Shown piece after piece: positions 31,524 through 45,324 of a DNA stretch of 64,000 nt (its first letter is position 1; each line of letters starts with the position of its first letter). The DNA comes from the human T2T-CHM13v2.0 reference genome, Homo sapiens: NCBI RefSeq assembly GCF_009914755.1, contig NC_060933.1; one strand, 5' to 3'. The position numbers were made by a program, and so were the translations under genes. The notes beneath the pieces were generated by a model, which saw nothing but the letters and a program-made list of their open reading frames with translations, was not told where the DNA came from and did not search any database.

Positions 31524-31939
31524 AGGAGAAATACTTAGGTTTGTAGGGTTTTAGTGAGTAATGCCACCTACAAATCAGTAAATAGAGACATTTATAGCCT
31601 GATTGGATGAATGTCAAATTATTTCCTTAATCCCAAGGCACTTGATCCTAAATCTTAAATGCCTTGTGGTCTACTTGGGATGATAACTAGGGGGAAAAAA
31701 ACATTTAAGCAAAGAGAATTGTGTCAGATTAAATGCTATAGCAGTTTACTTAGAATAGCTGTGTAGTAAGTATTGCAGAATGTAAATGGAAGTAAATCCA
31801 ATAGAATCTCAAGGACGGTACAGTTGATGTGAGCTGGGATGGTGAGGGAAACCTTGCTGGAAGAGGAAGGGCTTGAATCAGTCCTTGATCTTGAGGTAGG
31901 AACATGAAGTCAGGAAAAGCTGGAAGCAAATTCACAGAT
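31084..31939. repeat. Imperfect inverted repeat, arms 31084-31312 and 31720-31939
   Basis: The arms are reverse complements. For example TGAATTTGCTTCCAGCTTTTC pairs with GAAAAGCTGGAAGCAAATTCA, and CTGATTCAAGCCCTTCCTCTTCCAGCA pairs with TGCTGGAAGAGGAAGGGCTTGAATCAG. Confidence 0.93.
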
Positions 31940-33819
31940 GTGAAAGAGAAACATGGTGTTTTGGGAAGCCAACAAGTGGCTGTGCCTGGCAGAAACTCAC
32001 TCTGTATAAAGGAGGTAATTCTAGAAAAGAAAAAGGGTTCATTTAATGGAAGGTTTTTAATGTGAAGATGCTAATCAGTTAATATTAAATAGAGACAAAC
32101 TGCAATAAAACCCAAAATATGGTATTAGAGAAGAAACACAACAATAGAGGACACCATTCATGATGCGAGTAATTTCTTCTATGATCTTGACCACCACAAG
32201 GAGAACAACCCTGGAACTATTTTTAACAAGAAATTTATACCTAGAAATCTAGACAAACCACCTAATATATCAAACTCCTTGGAGTAAAAATAACTTTGCA
32301 GATCATCTACCCTACTAATTTGTTTCTCAAGAGGCTCATATCTGAATTATAACAGCCAGCAGGAATTCTAGCTCATTTTAATGTGCTATCACTCAGAAGA
32401 CAGGGTGATCAGAAAATGGGAACCAGAACTTAGAAGTTTTAATTAAATCAAGCTCTGTGTAGGTGAACAGGCACATTAGTATTTTTGGACAGTGGGATGT
32501 CATAGAAAAGTGTGCTAGAGTGAGGGAAGGCTGAAGACACTTTATATAATTGGACCTAGTTTTGGTGTTATTCTGCTATTTGCCATGTTCTGTAAAGGAA
32601 GTAGGTTTAGATGCAAATGGCATGCTAGTAATGAGATGGTAAATGTATATCTTGCTGCAAGTGCCATTTTTTTCAAGAGCTATTTATTAATTTACAAAAT
32701 AGCAAAGACGGTTTGACAAGAGTCATATGTAATGTTGGTAACATTGATTTTATTTTTTTTAAGTTATTTTAGAGATGACTTAGAAGGTGTGGCAAATTGG
32801 CGTGGCCAAACTGTTTTCAAGCAGAAATAAGTGCTTTGCCACTTCAGGTGTTTGATAATCTTGGCTCTCACTATTTTTACGGAGCCAAAACCTCACAGCG
32901 TGCAGGCAGACTTCCAGGAGAAGTGTGGCTGTATCTACTATTTCCTGAGCCATGCAAGTTACTGTTTGATAGACAGCCCCCGATTCTCATGGTGTGATTT
33001 ATCATACATGTTTCTGGTTAATTTTTGGCTTTCAAACATATTTTTGCTCTTTAATGTCTAATATCTCCTTTGATCTTTTACTTTATCTTTTCTAGGCCTC
33101 TTTTAAGGGTTTTCTAGAATACAGTGGTTTTAAGGGAGGAGTAGCAAATCCATCTGCGATCGCTGGGTATAACTGCTTTTCTGACTTTGTCTATTTCCCT
33201 CTCTCTGTAACCCTTCGTGATTCACTCCTCCAGTCCTTAGAGACTGAGCAGGGTAGAGGAGTAACCCAAGTGCCCATCCCAACTTTGGGAAAATCACTTG
33301 TTTCTCTGAGCCTTGGCTTGCTTGTCCTAAAATGGAGATGATAATGCCTGCTTGCTTACTTCAGAGTTAGGAGGATGAAGTGAGATAACATAAACAGTCT
33401 TTGGGAAGTGCAATTCATCAGGTCAATGCAAGTAGTTATGAGCACCACAATGCACGTTTTCTGAACTCTTGCAGTCCTCATGGTTTAGCCAAATAGTTTA
33501 GCAGTTCGCTCATAACTGTTACCTAACATTCTTTGCTATGTCTCCTGGGCTTTTGTCTGCTTTCTCCATCTTTGCTGAAAGCACCTTAAAGATGGTAAGC
33601 ATGGTTTCCACTTCTGGATCTGTCACAATGCTTAGCAATGAAAGCTTAAATGAGAAACTAAGTTGAACATGTCACAAATGCCCTTCTCCTCAGTCTCCAA
33701 AACCTATGGCTACTTTCTCTGACTGACTTTAGGAAGCTGCCTCACTCTACTTACTTGTTTCCCATCCTCACAATAATCATCTCTGCATTCAACAAACATT
33801 TACTGAGCATGCAGTAATA

Positions 33820-34050
33820 AAAGTTCATATTGGCTAATACTTACAGAGCCCTTCATCTGTACCAGGCCCTGGGTTTCACCCTTTACATGGAGGTTCTCAC
33901 TTGAACCTCATAACAGCCCTGGGAAGTAGGTATTGCCATTATTCCCATTTTAAATATGAGTGAATTGTTAAGTAACTTCCCCGAGATTATTCAACTGCAG
34001 GGTGGCAGAGCACAATTCATTCGCAAACAATCCGATCTTAGAGCCCAAGG
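33820..34050 (-). mobile_element. MIR
   Basis: CCTCATAACAGCCCTGGGAAGTAGGTATTGCCATTATTCCCATTTTAAA...GTTAAGTAACTTCCC. Confidence 0.7.
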
Positions 34051-34094
34051 TCCTGTATTATGCCTCAATATCTGGGGGATTTCTTCAGTCTTCT

Positions 34095-35160
34095 ATCTTT
34101 CATATAGTTGACATTTTTGAAGAGTACAGGTCAGTTACTTTGTAAAACGTCTCTCCATGTGTGTTTGCTTGATGTTTTCTTGTGATTTTTGAATTTTTGA
34201 CAGAAATAACACAGAAGTGTGCTATGTTCTTCTTAGTACCTTATATCAGGAGACAGATGATGATGATGTGTCTCATTACTGGTGATGTTCACTCTTATCA
34301 CTTGGTTAAGATGATGGCCAGCCAGGTGTTTCCACTGTAAAATTAATAAATATGTAGCACTTAATAAGTAACAAAGAAGTATTTTATGGGGGACAATATG
34401 AGCTAAGTAAATATCCTGTTCATCATTAACCTTTGACCCACTAGATTTAATATTGATTGATGATTACTGCCTGAGTCAATTATTATTATGATGATTGCCA
34501 AATGGTAACTTTATAAATTCTGTCATTCCTTCTAGATTATTAATAAGCATTCTACTCTAAGGTAGTTTTCTCTTCTCTCTGGTTTATTTATTTATGAATT
34601 TCCACTTTGCTCAAAGGATTAAAATATATTACTATCAAATTGTCCCCGACAGGACCAGCAAAAGCCCTTTCAAGCTGGCCCCTATGCCCTTTTGACATAT
34701 ACCCCATCATTCTTTGAGCACTTCTCAATTTTCTGGTACAACATACTATTTCAGGCTCATTTTTTATTCTCCCAATTCCTGCCCAGACGTCAGCTATTTC
34801 TACAGAAATTGATTCCTTTTAATGGAGAATGGTATTTAGAACCCAAGATCTGGGCACTCGATTTGCTTGATACTACTGGGATGTCATTGCTTCTAGGCCT
34901 TTCAGAGAGAACTAGGAAATACTGTACACATATATGTATAGTTGTATATACTCATTTATATCTGTTGATATATCTGTGTCTATCCATCTATTAAAAACCA
35001 TGAGTTCATACTGTTTGCAACAGCAATTCAATTTTACTAGATTTATCTTAGTCTTTCCACTTCACATATTTGTAACTCTCTCCTCTGACAGTAAGAAATC
35101 TGGCTCCCATTATTTTTTATGTATTTATGTGTTTGTTCACTCCTCCCTGAATATTTGACT
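34095..35160 (-). mobile_element. Old L1M (L1MC-like) 3' fragment
   Basis: TTGACATTTTTGAAGAGTACAGGTCAGTTA...GGAGAATGGTATTTAGAACCCAAGATCTGGGCAC, typical L1MC 3'UTR blocks. Confidence 0.7.
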
Positions 35161-37577
35161 CCCAGCCATCCTGGCCCAGCGCTGACCCCTGTCCCAGGCC
35201 AGAGGACCACTCCCCACCAAACCTCACACTAAAGTTCAGTCCCTACAAAGTGGAAGAGGAAAGGAAGGAAGAAGAAGAAGGAAAGGCCAGTTTGAAAGTT
35301 CAACTCCAGACATGCAGTGCCCCGTTGCCCCCAGGGAGCAAGGCTGAGCCCTGGACATACTAGCTCCCCACCTCCACTGAAAGCTCAGCTTGACACCAGT
35401 GGAGGTTTTTAATCAGACAAAGTAAGGTGACCAGATTCACATTTTTGAGTGACATTTTGGTGGCTGTGGCCTTAGGGAGAAATTGGAAACTGAGAGATTT
35501 AGAGATAAATTGGGAGCCACTAATGACAGTCCAAGAACCTGAAAGGGAGATGCATCCTGAAGGGAGATGCATCCTAGACCCTGTACGTGCCCCTCCTTAG
35601 GCTTTCTAGAGTTGGCACACTTAGTGGTGTCTAGTTTATTATTGTCAGATTGCTGTCCACCTCCCGACCTCAGAGGCATTCTAAGGGAAACAAATATCTT
35701 TGGAAGACAAGAAAATCACAGGACAGAAGTGTTGGGCAGAAATGTCACACAAGTTTAAAGAATACTTCTAAAAAATAACTTCAGTTTACAATAACTTCAG
35801 TTTGCTCCTAACCAAAACTTCATTTTACATTTCTGACTAAAGAAAAACTTTGCTGCAAAAGTCGAGGTAAAAGAAGGTTCTTAGGGCATAATAGCTCAGG
35901 GTGGGAAGGGTCTGCCATTAGAAATTATGAACATTTATACCAGCAATAAACAATGAGTTTCTGGAGGCAACAGTCATCACCCTCTCTGAAAGAGCAGAGG
36001 AGCAAAACCTTGGCAACTCACATAATGAGCCCTTGTCCAAAGGAAGGCAAAAAAAAAAAAAAAAATTCCTCCTTTTGTATAGCTAATACAAACACAAGCT
36101 GCCAAGAAGGGTCAACCATCATGGGTCGTTGATTACCCATATTAACCCTGATGGCTGCCTTTACAAAAAACTAACACTTGGGGAAGACCACACTCTGCCT
36201 TTGCCCATTTGGCTGCCAAGTACACTGCTGCTTTACTGAAATAACAACTGCAAGTGGATTCATGGCCCTGGGTGGTATCAGTGTGTTTGTTTCTATTATT
36301 TAGAAATAGATCTGTCATTTTGTCACTTGTGATTTTCTGAAACTATAAGCACAGGAAGCCCAGCATTTGCCACTCAGGTCTATTAATACTTTGTTCTATT
36401 GACCTTAAGAGAGAGTATAATATAATAATTAGGCATGCAGGAGCCAGGCCGCCTAAGTTTGAATGCTGATTCTCTTGTTTACGAGCTGTGTGACTTTGGA
36501 CAGGTTACCTAACCTCTCAGAGTCTCTGTTAGCTGATCCTGTAAAATGGGGAAACTTACAGTACCTTTATCACTAGTAAATAAGTCAATATATGTTCCCA
36601 CATCTTAGGTAAGCTAAGTTCTGGGCTCTGCTGAGACCTCAGTGAATGAGGCTCGGATCATGCAGAACTGAGGTTCATAAATCCACAGAGCTGGTCCCAT
36701 GATAAGAAGCAGCCCCATTCTCGGTGCCTTTATGTCCATGTCATGGTGGACTTGGGTGTGACTCTGGTGGCATGGCATTGAGGAATACCCAGCAGCAGGC
36801 ATTCTGGGCCATGATTTGAATTCTCCAGGCCTCAGCTCCTGCTTGTTAAAATAGAGAGGATAATAGTACCTATCTCAGGAAGCTGTGGACAGGAATAATG
36901 CATTTAAAGCAACTAGCACAGAATCTGGCTCATTTAAGTACGATATAAATGTTAATATTACTATTGTTATTGGTGACCATGTGTGATGTCAGCTGGATTG
37001 TGGTCACGTCACAGTTTTTAGCTCATGCATGGCTGAGGGTGCTCTGCCCAGCCCAAGTTCAAGGGCTAGCCAGATCCAGGCAGAGAGACAGGACCACAGT
37101 CTAGTAGGCTGGACTTTAGGCAGAACTCCAGCACTGTCCGGGAAACAAAGTGGCAATTAGGAAGCCAAGCTGAAAGCTTAAAATCCAGTTAAAGTGACAG
37201 GCCAATCCAGGCACACTTGAGGCTGGGCAAAGGGCAGGAAGACTAATTCCAGCCATTAAGGTGGAGGGAGACCCTCTGTCTCCTGCCTGCCCCTGGTCAG
37301 AAGTCAGTTGTTCAGGTACTGGGCAGGGTCAAGCCAGGAGGGCTTCAGCTTGATCTGTCAACTCATGGAGGCTTTCCTGCAATCAGGTTTTGACAAAGGG
37401 GACAGAAACAGGGAGAAGAAGGGCTCAGAGGAAAGAAAGCAGTATAGTAAAAGAATGCTGGGGAAACCAGCCTCCCAAATATTTTGGCCAAGAGCCCAAC
37501 CATGAAGCTAAACACCTGAATCCTAGGAGCTGAAAGAAACCATAGCAGTCATGCTTACCACCCTCCTTATCTAGGGA

Positions 37578-37895
37578 CACAATCCTTTAGCCAAAACCAC
37601 TGGGGCAGATGTCTTTCAGATTCCAAATTTTTTTGTACTTTAGAAAGATGTTAGGATTACTAAGACATAAATTGTATAACACCCCTAGCAATTTCTGGGG
37701 GAAAAACACCATAATCCAACAAGCTAATCTTGCTGTGGTAAAATGTATAAATATTTACACAAAGTGGGATGCAGCCTGTCAAAAGCATGTCAATTCAGAT
37801 CCAGTTTGTCACGAAAAGAGTTTACACCACACTGAAGGAAAATGTGTGGTGTTCAGAGCTCCTGGGACCTTGAAGTTGGGAGTAAACAGTTGTGT
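37578..37895. mobile_element. Possible Tigger-family DNA transposon relic
   Basis: CACAATCCTTTAGCCAAAACCACTGGGGCAGATGTCTTTCAGATTCCAAATTTTT resembles Tigger/MER46-type ends, with a weak inverted terminus at about 37870-37895. Confidence 0.35.
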
Positions 37896-38043
37896 AGAGG
37901 ACATAACTAAGATGTCCACCAGCCATGTGACTAATCCAGAAGTGCACACACAGTTCACTGCAAATTCAACTCAGTTTTTCACTGCATACTACTGAACATC
38001 TGCCAGGTCCCAGGCACCATGCTCAACACTGAGGTTCTGGTCG

Positions 38044-38496
38044 TGTATTCATATTCAGAGCTGCTATATCAAAGTACCACAAACCAGGTGGCTTAAAACA
38101 ACAGAAATTTATTGTCTCACAGTCATAGAAGCCAAAATCAAGTTCAAAATCAAGGTGTCAGCAGGACTGTACTCCCTCTGAAACCTATAAGGAGAGTCCT
38201 TCCTTGCTTCCTCTACTTTCTGGTGGCTCCTGGCACTCTTCGGCATTCCTTGGCTTGTAGATGCATCGCTCCAGTCTCTGGCTCTGTCGTCGCATGGCAT
38301 TTTGCCTGTGTGTCTCCCTCTTTTCTTATAAAAAACACAGTCGCATTGAATCAAGGGCTCACCCTACTCTAGTTTGACCTCATCTTAAGCGATTACATCT
38401 ACAGTGACTCTATTTCCATGTAAGGTCACATTCTGAGGTACTAAGGGTTAGGACTCCAACATACCTTTTTTTGGAGACACAGGTCAACACATAACA
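38044..38496 (-). mobile_element. MLT1C-like solo LTR inserted in L2
   Basis: AAAGTACCACAAACCAGGTGGCTTAAAACAACAGAAATTTATTGTCTCACAGT...CAACACATAACA. L2 sequence continues on both sides. Confidence 0.85.
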
Positions 38497-39419
38497 AGTG
38501 GTAAACCAAAATAGACATAGCCCCATGCTTTCATCAAGCTAGCAGTCGAGTGGGGAAGTCACATTACAAGTATGTTGAGAATTTCCAAAGGGGGAAGTAT
38601 TAATGGGACCATACAGTAAGAGAATTTTACCCAGTTGAGGGTTTCCTCTCTGAAGAAGTAGCATTTTAAATGGAAAGGAAAAGATGAATAAAAGCCAAGC
38701 AAAGACGGGAAAAAGGCACTAATGCCCTCACTCTCTGATGCCTAGACCAGACCCCCTGTCCTCCTTGCACCAGGCTTCTGCAGAAGCCAGGCCCCAGAAC
38801 CTCAGAGAAAGACTCTAAGTGTATCCCAGGCCACCACTCATAGCCAACCTTGCCCCCAGGCCGGCTCTGCCTGGCCTGCATTTCCTCTCTCAGAAACAGC
38901 CAAAGGCACAGAACGCACGGAATAGGGCATCAGCCCCCAGCAAGACCCAGGCCCACACTTGCAGGCTCTCTGCAAAAGAGAAGTAGGGAAGAGTCTCTGC
39001 TTTCCCTTCATTGGCCTAAGTTGATTACAATATTTTTTACCCAGAATCAGCAAAGTCCTTAATATACAGACAGCTTCTGCTGACCTCCGTCCTTGAGAAT
39101 GCAGTGCACTTTTATCAGGGCAGGCAGGTATGTCTGTTTTGTGAGTTTTTCTGAGCAGTGCTCAAGTGGCCTCATGGCTGCCAAAAGGCCTCTGCTTCAA
39201 GGTCCCAGGGGCTAAATTTCTGCCAGAAATGGTGGCAGAGTTTGGGGAAGTGAGGATGTAAAGCCTCTACTTTGATGAGCTTAACCTTGGGACAGAATTA
39301 GCTGTGTAGGCAGCTATTTTATAAGACATACAAAGAGGGTTCACCAGCATTGGCCATGGATGTTAGATTTTGTTTTACACCCACAACATTTTAGTATTTC
39401 CCTTGAGTGGAAAGAAAAC

Positions 39420-39890
39420 CTTTTTTGAAGCATAATACCTGTAAGGAAAGTACACACAAATCCTATGTGTACACTTGGTGACTTTTCGTAAAATGGACCC
39501 AGATCCAGCCCCTAGATCTAGCAAACACCCCAGAAGCCCACCCCACTCTACTCCTCTTCTAGTTTTTACCCACCGAGGGTAACCAATGTTCTGGCTCCTA
39601 ACCCAGTGGATTAGTTTTGGCTTTTGAGCTTATGATATAAATCACACAGTATCAATTTTTGTGTTTCTGGCTTTGTTCATTCAATTTTATGTTGGTGAGA
39701 TTCATTTATGTTGTTGCTTATTGTTGCAGTTTATTCTCATTGCTTTATATAATCTTGTGTGAATATATCATAATTTTTTATTCATTCATGTGCTGATGAA
39801 CATTTGGGTTTTTCCAGGTTTGGGCTATTATGAACAGTGCTGCCATGGATATTCTTGCATATGTCTTTTGATGAATATATGCAAATTGGG
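39420..39890 (-). mobile_element. Old L1M (L1ME/MB-like) 3' fragment
   Basis: GAGATTCATTTATGTTGTTG...TTTCCAGGTTTGGGCTATTATGAACAGTGCTGCCATGGATATTCTTG. Confidence 0.7.
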
Positions 39891-39904
39891 GAGAGGTATA
39901 TACT

Positions 39905-40427
39905 TGTATTTGGTTGTCTATTGCTGCATAACAAATTTCCCTCCAAACCTAGTAGCTAACAGTGACAATAAACATTGATCACCTCTCACAGTTCATGTGA
40001 GTGAGGAATTTGGAGGCAGCTTGGACAGGCAGTTCTGGCTTGAGGTCTTTCCTGAGGTTGCAGTTATCTAAAGGCAAGCTTGGGGCTGGAGGGTCTGCAT
40101 TCAAGGTAGCTCGCTCACATGGCTGGCAAGTTGATGCTGATTATTGGTGGGGAGGCTGCAGTTTCACACATGAACTTTCCTTAAGACTCTCTGGGTATTC
40201 TCATGACATCGTGGCTGGCTTCGCCACCACCGTGAGTGGGCAAAGAGAGAGCATCAAATTGGAAGCATTATCCTTTTTGTGACCTAGCCTTGGAAGTCAC
40301 ATAGCATCACTTCTGCCTCATTCTATTCATTAGAAGTGAGCCACTAAGTCTAGCCCATACTCAAGACTTCACCTTTGGAAGGAAGGCATGGCAAAGAATG
40401 TATGGATGTATCTTAAAACCAATAACA
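39905..40427 (-). mobile_element. MLT1 (F/G/H-like) solo LTR
   Basis: TGTATTTGGTTGTCTATTGCTGCATAACAAAT...GACCTAGCCTTGGAAGTCACATAGCATCACTTCTGCC. Confidence 0.8.
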
Positions 40428-40597
40428 CCACAATGTTTTAAAGCTTATAATTAACTCAATCTAAGGGTTTAAAAATAAGAGAAGTTTATAGAAATTTACA
40501 CAAGGATCTAAAAGAAATAAATTCAAGCCAGCTTCTCTTCTTCTATTCATTTAAAACTTTGCAAATGTCCATAGAGTTTTCAAGGTATTTTTTGGAG

Positions 40598-40805
40598 ACA
40601 GCATGGTACAATAGAAAGTGCAGAGGCTCTAGAGCCAGAAACAACCAAGTCTGAATCCTGGATTCACTACTTACTAATTAGGGGTACTTGGACAAGTCAG
40701 CCTCTTGGATTTCCAGGTTCCCTCAACTGTAAAATGAAGGTAATCAATAGAGCTTATCTCATATTGTTCTGGAGGCAATTAAATGAGATAATGTGTTAAG
40801 GTGCC
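40598..40805 (+). mobile_element. MIR
   Basis: CAGCATGGTACAATAGAAAGTGCAGAGGCTCTAGAGCCAGA...CTGTAAAATGAAGGTAAT...ATTAAATGAGATAATGTG. Confidence 0.7.
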
Positions 40806-42279
40806 CTCTATGATGGGAGGTCTCATCGATTTGCTCATTTAACCAATAACATTAACTATCTAAAAGGTGTTCTGATGGACCCTGCAAGTAATACAAAACT
40901 GACTCAGATGCAGGCCCTACATCAGGAGGTATACACTCTAGCAGTGCCCTTGACAGGTAGAATAACTGTAATACAACTGAGAAAATGGTCAGTGTCTGGA
41001 GCAAGTATGGATACAGTGTTTTAAATATGGATTATATTTGGATATATAGAAATGAAAGACATTTTGAAGGGCAAGGAAAGGGCAAAAGATATTCCAAATT
41101 AGAAATACAACTTGCATAAAGACACAACTAGAAAACCATGGGGCATAACTGGAGAATAACAAACAGATTATTACAGATATGGCTAAGCTTAGTGTAGATG
41201 AAAGGAGGTAGTGGAAACCGGTTGGAAAGTTAGTTACATGTCAGAGCAGTAGGAAAAGATTGAGTGCATACACTTAATATTACAGTCTGATGAAAAACAT
41301 TAAGGCCAAAAAATTTTCAACCAACTTTCAGGACAAAAGCTAGGTGGGACTAGCTACTAGAGGATCTACTTACCATGTTTTCTTGGCCAATTCCTGTTTG
41401 TAAAATCTTTGTGCCTCAGACTGTAAACAGAACTTTCTAAAACTGATCTTTAGAAGATGCTTCTGACGTACAGCCTGAGCCACTGAGCTTTGTCCTTATC
41501 ATTCCCAGTTTGTAGGCTGCATCAGCAGGGAAATGCAGTGGGATTGTTTTCATAGGCCCTTAGCTCACTATAAACGTACTTCTCAAGTCTTGGCCCTTTG
41601 GAAATGGCCAGTTCGTGCACTCAACTCATCTGCGTATTTGAGTGCTACATCCAGATAATGAGCCACTCTCTTCACTTTACTTCCCTTCAAAAAGACTGAT
41701 CGATGGAGCAGCCTTCATTTCTGTTACATTATCCAGTCCCAGGCAGTGATGATGTTTAAACGTAAGACAGAGACGTTTCTATGCAGCAATGGAACTTTAA
41801 AGGAAGCTGGAGCCAATGACCTTTCACTTTGAAGCCAAAGAATTACAAGCATAAAATTTTCAGTCTTGCTAAGAATTGGGGCTGGAGAAATTAGCAGAAA
41901 GTCCTCTTTAAGCCCCACAATTCAGTATGTGGTGCCCAAAGCCTTTATGTACTCAATCTATGTCTCATTTAGCACTTCCCTCTTATTTTGATGAAGTTTA
42001 TATGTGCCATCAGAATAAACATGGTTGTAACCATTATTGGTGATTTTGTGGGTAAAAATTGGATATTCCATTTTATCTCCCTCTTTGCTTTAATGTAAAT
42101 GAATTCTAGAGCATTAAGGGAGAGGATAGATTCTAGGCTTAAGATAGAGCTGCCAGCCAATCTTGGGCTGGCACTTCCCACTTTCCCAGTTAGGGGTTTT
42201 AACTCCATTTGAGTTCATGGGAAACATTCTCTGCACAGGTACTAAGGGTGTGTCCTCTTCCTCTCTGATTTCTTCTCAG

Positions 42280-42490
42280 GTGGGAAATTGGCAAGTGGAG
42301 TCCATGTAGTCTCACATGTGGGGTCGGCCTACAGACCAGAGACGTCTTCTGCAGCCACCTGCTTTCCAGAGAGATGAATGAAACAGTCATCCTGGCTGAT
42401 GAGCTGTGTCGCCAGCCCAAGCCCAGCACGGTGCAAGCTTGTAACCGCTTTAATTGCCCCCCAGCCTGGTACCCTGCACAGTGGCAGCCG
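42280..42490 (+). CDS. ADAMTSL1: ADAMTSL1 internal coding exon (211 nt, one TSR): WEIGKWSPCSLTCGVGLQTRDVFCSHLLSREMNETVILADELCRQPKPSTVQACNRFNCPPAWYPAQWQP
   Basis: Polypyrimidine tract plus TCAG|G acceptor and CCG|GTGAGT donor, phase 2 to phase 0. Contains the WxxCSxTCG TSR motif. Confidence 0.96.
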
Positions 42491-43014
42491 GTGAGTTCTG
42501 AAGTTACTCAATATTGGAGCTTTTGTTTGCAACAGTGACTCAAAAAAGGGATGCTCTCTCAGAGTGGTTTTGTCCAGGGATGTTAAAGGGATGTTCAAGA
42601 TCTGCTCATTTCTCCCTTCTTAGTACTCCCCTAACCTGATTTACATCCAGATCTTTTAATTACAAATATCATGCTTTTTCTACTGTATCACACCCCAGTG
42701 ACCTCCAAAAGCAATGCAGATGACCCATCTGTTAACCTGAGCATATTTATGACAAAGCTGTCACAAAGCTAAGGAAAATTTTTTAAAATCAAGACAATGT
42801 GGTGGGTTTGCCATAAAGCTAAATTTGTTCTTAATTTACACCCTTTCTAGTTTTTTTGCTGTTTAAAATTCTAAGAAATAAGGGTAGTAGGCAATGATTT
42901 TTTTTAACATCATTACTTAGCAATATAAGAAGTTAGAAATGCTGAGCCAATTCCAAGTATTTTTATTTTCCTGGTCCTGTGAATTCCAAAAGTCTGGGAA
43001 CCACTGTTTCAAAA

Positions 43015-43230
43015 CAGGGGTTGACAAACTGCAGCCCTCAAGCTAAATCTAGCCTGTAGCCTTTCTTGCGTGTGTAAATAAAGTTTTATTGGAACACACC
43101 CATTATTTTACGTACCGTCTATGGCTGCTTTTGCACTACAAGGCAGAATTGCGTGGTTGTGATAGTGAACATATGGCTCATAAAATCTAAAATACGTGCT
43201 ATCCCTTTACAAACAAAATTTCTGATCCTG
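43015..43230. mobile_element. MER58A-like hAT DNA transposon
   Basis: CAGGGGTTGACAAACT...GTAAATAAAGTTTTATTGGAACAC...TGATCCTG. Confidence 0.8.
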
Positions 43231-45027
43231 CACCAGGCATATATAATAATAACACAACTATTTTATCATAATTTCCTATCTAAAAATAATATGCATTTAT
43301 CAAACGTTAATATTTTTGCATGCCTTTTAAAAACACAGGATTTTAGGTTGATTGCATACAATCTTATTTTGCAGTTTGCTCCCTATTAGGACATAAGACA
43401 CTGCTTTAAAGGGACAACAAAGGCCACAAAAGTAAGCATGAAAGGTGGAGGAGACATACATCTCTGTTTCACTGAGACAGTTTCTTCACTCTCAAAAGTG
43501 TCCCAATTTGGGTGATAAAGGATATAGTCATCAGTGGAAAAGGAGAGAGGACGACAGCTCACATACCATTGCCTTGTGCAGAAGGGTCTCCCATTTCCAG
43601 GCAGCCACGTGTCCTCTGTGCTTTCTCCTAATCATTTGGCAGAGCCCCTCCCTTCTCCTTGCTCCTTGCCCATCTTGGAGCTGTGGTTTAGTAAAACACT
43701 CAAAGAATCAAATACTGATGAATAAGCAAAACACTAAGTATGAAGCCTCTGGCAACAGACATTAAATATATATTTTCTTTTAGAGCTTAAATGTATATGG
43801 CTAAGTTCATTAATTCCATGATACTATGGATGGTTTGTGGAAGAGGATGTCATATATTTTGAACACCAATGTACCAGCGCTTAAGAAATGTATATTATCG
43901 CTCACCAAGCTGAAGTAAATCCTCACAACAATTCAGTTAAAATAAGGTTTTATTAGCCTTACTTTAGGTTTGAGGAAACTGAGGCAAACACAGCTAGCAA
44001 ATTTAGGGTTGGCTATCAACTCCGTCTTATGTGACCCTTTCCACTATACCAAACCTATTGTGTATGGCTAAAAGGCCTTTCAGGGATTAAACATGAGCAC
44101 TTTTGTTTTACAGATGATGTAACTGTGGCCTAGATGTAGGCTTCCTTAAGATCATAAAACCTGGACCAGAACCCAGGTCACCTGATTGCTAGTGCATTTA
44201 TACTAAGTTACCTCTAATTGGAGTGAATCTATGACCTTAAACGGCACCACTAACCCATGCCAATCCTAATAAAAGGTGAGAAACCATCTCAAATCAACCT
44301 CCACTGTTGAAATTGTTAAGTCCCCATATTATTAGTAGCTTGTTGCTATTAGGTACATAAGTTATGGATAAAATGTTTACTGAATGATGAAATGAATGAA
44401 TAGATGAAGAATGCTCCTTATAGGCCCTGAAAATGCTGACTTTACATCTTCCTGATATGTTTTTTATGGTTATAGGTCTTAATATCGTCCTAGTCTTGAA
44501 ATGCAGTGAAACATCAATGTCTTTTTGATAGCCACACGTGCTGCTGAATAATGACATTGACTCATGATGCTTTTTCAGTTTTTAGGGCACAGCCATATAT
44601 ATGACCTTTTTTTGGTCAATTGCCATCACCACCACCTGTATGCCCAGCATCCCTATTTGAAACAGTGGACTTCCAAAGAATCACTTATTCTTAAATTTTC
44701 ATCTACTTTGGGCCTGCGAAGATATGAATTTACTTTGAAAGCTTTTCTATTTCCTTCTTTTTGGGAGAAGCATTTGAGGATGAGTCAGGTTTAAGTTCAT
44801 TCTTCAGGTTGGGAAACTTAATAGTAAACAACTGTTTGAAGTTCATCCAATGCATCAGTGACTACAGTTTAATAGGACCTTTAAAAAGTCTCTTCTTTCA
44901 CACCTGAGACACAATAATTGTGAAAAATAGTCAAACATAACAAGAAATAAAGAACATAGAAGGTCAGCAGTGTTTCTACCCTCCAGAGACAGCCCTGTTA
45001 ATGGTTTGGTGCATAGGGTCTGTTTGT

Positions 45028-45324
<297 letters not shown>

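Noticed and set aside
32780-33010. Unique CpG-containing stretch with TTGGC-GTG-GCCAA, resembling an NFI site or cryptic exon
   Set aside because: The spacer is 3 nt rather than the 5 nt NFI needs, and no ADAMTSL-like peptide is encoded. It cannot be supported without conservation data.
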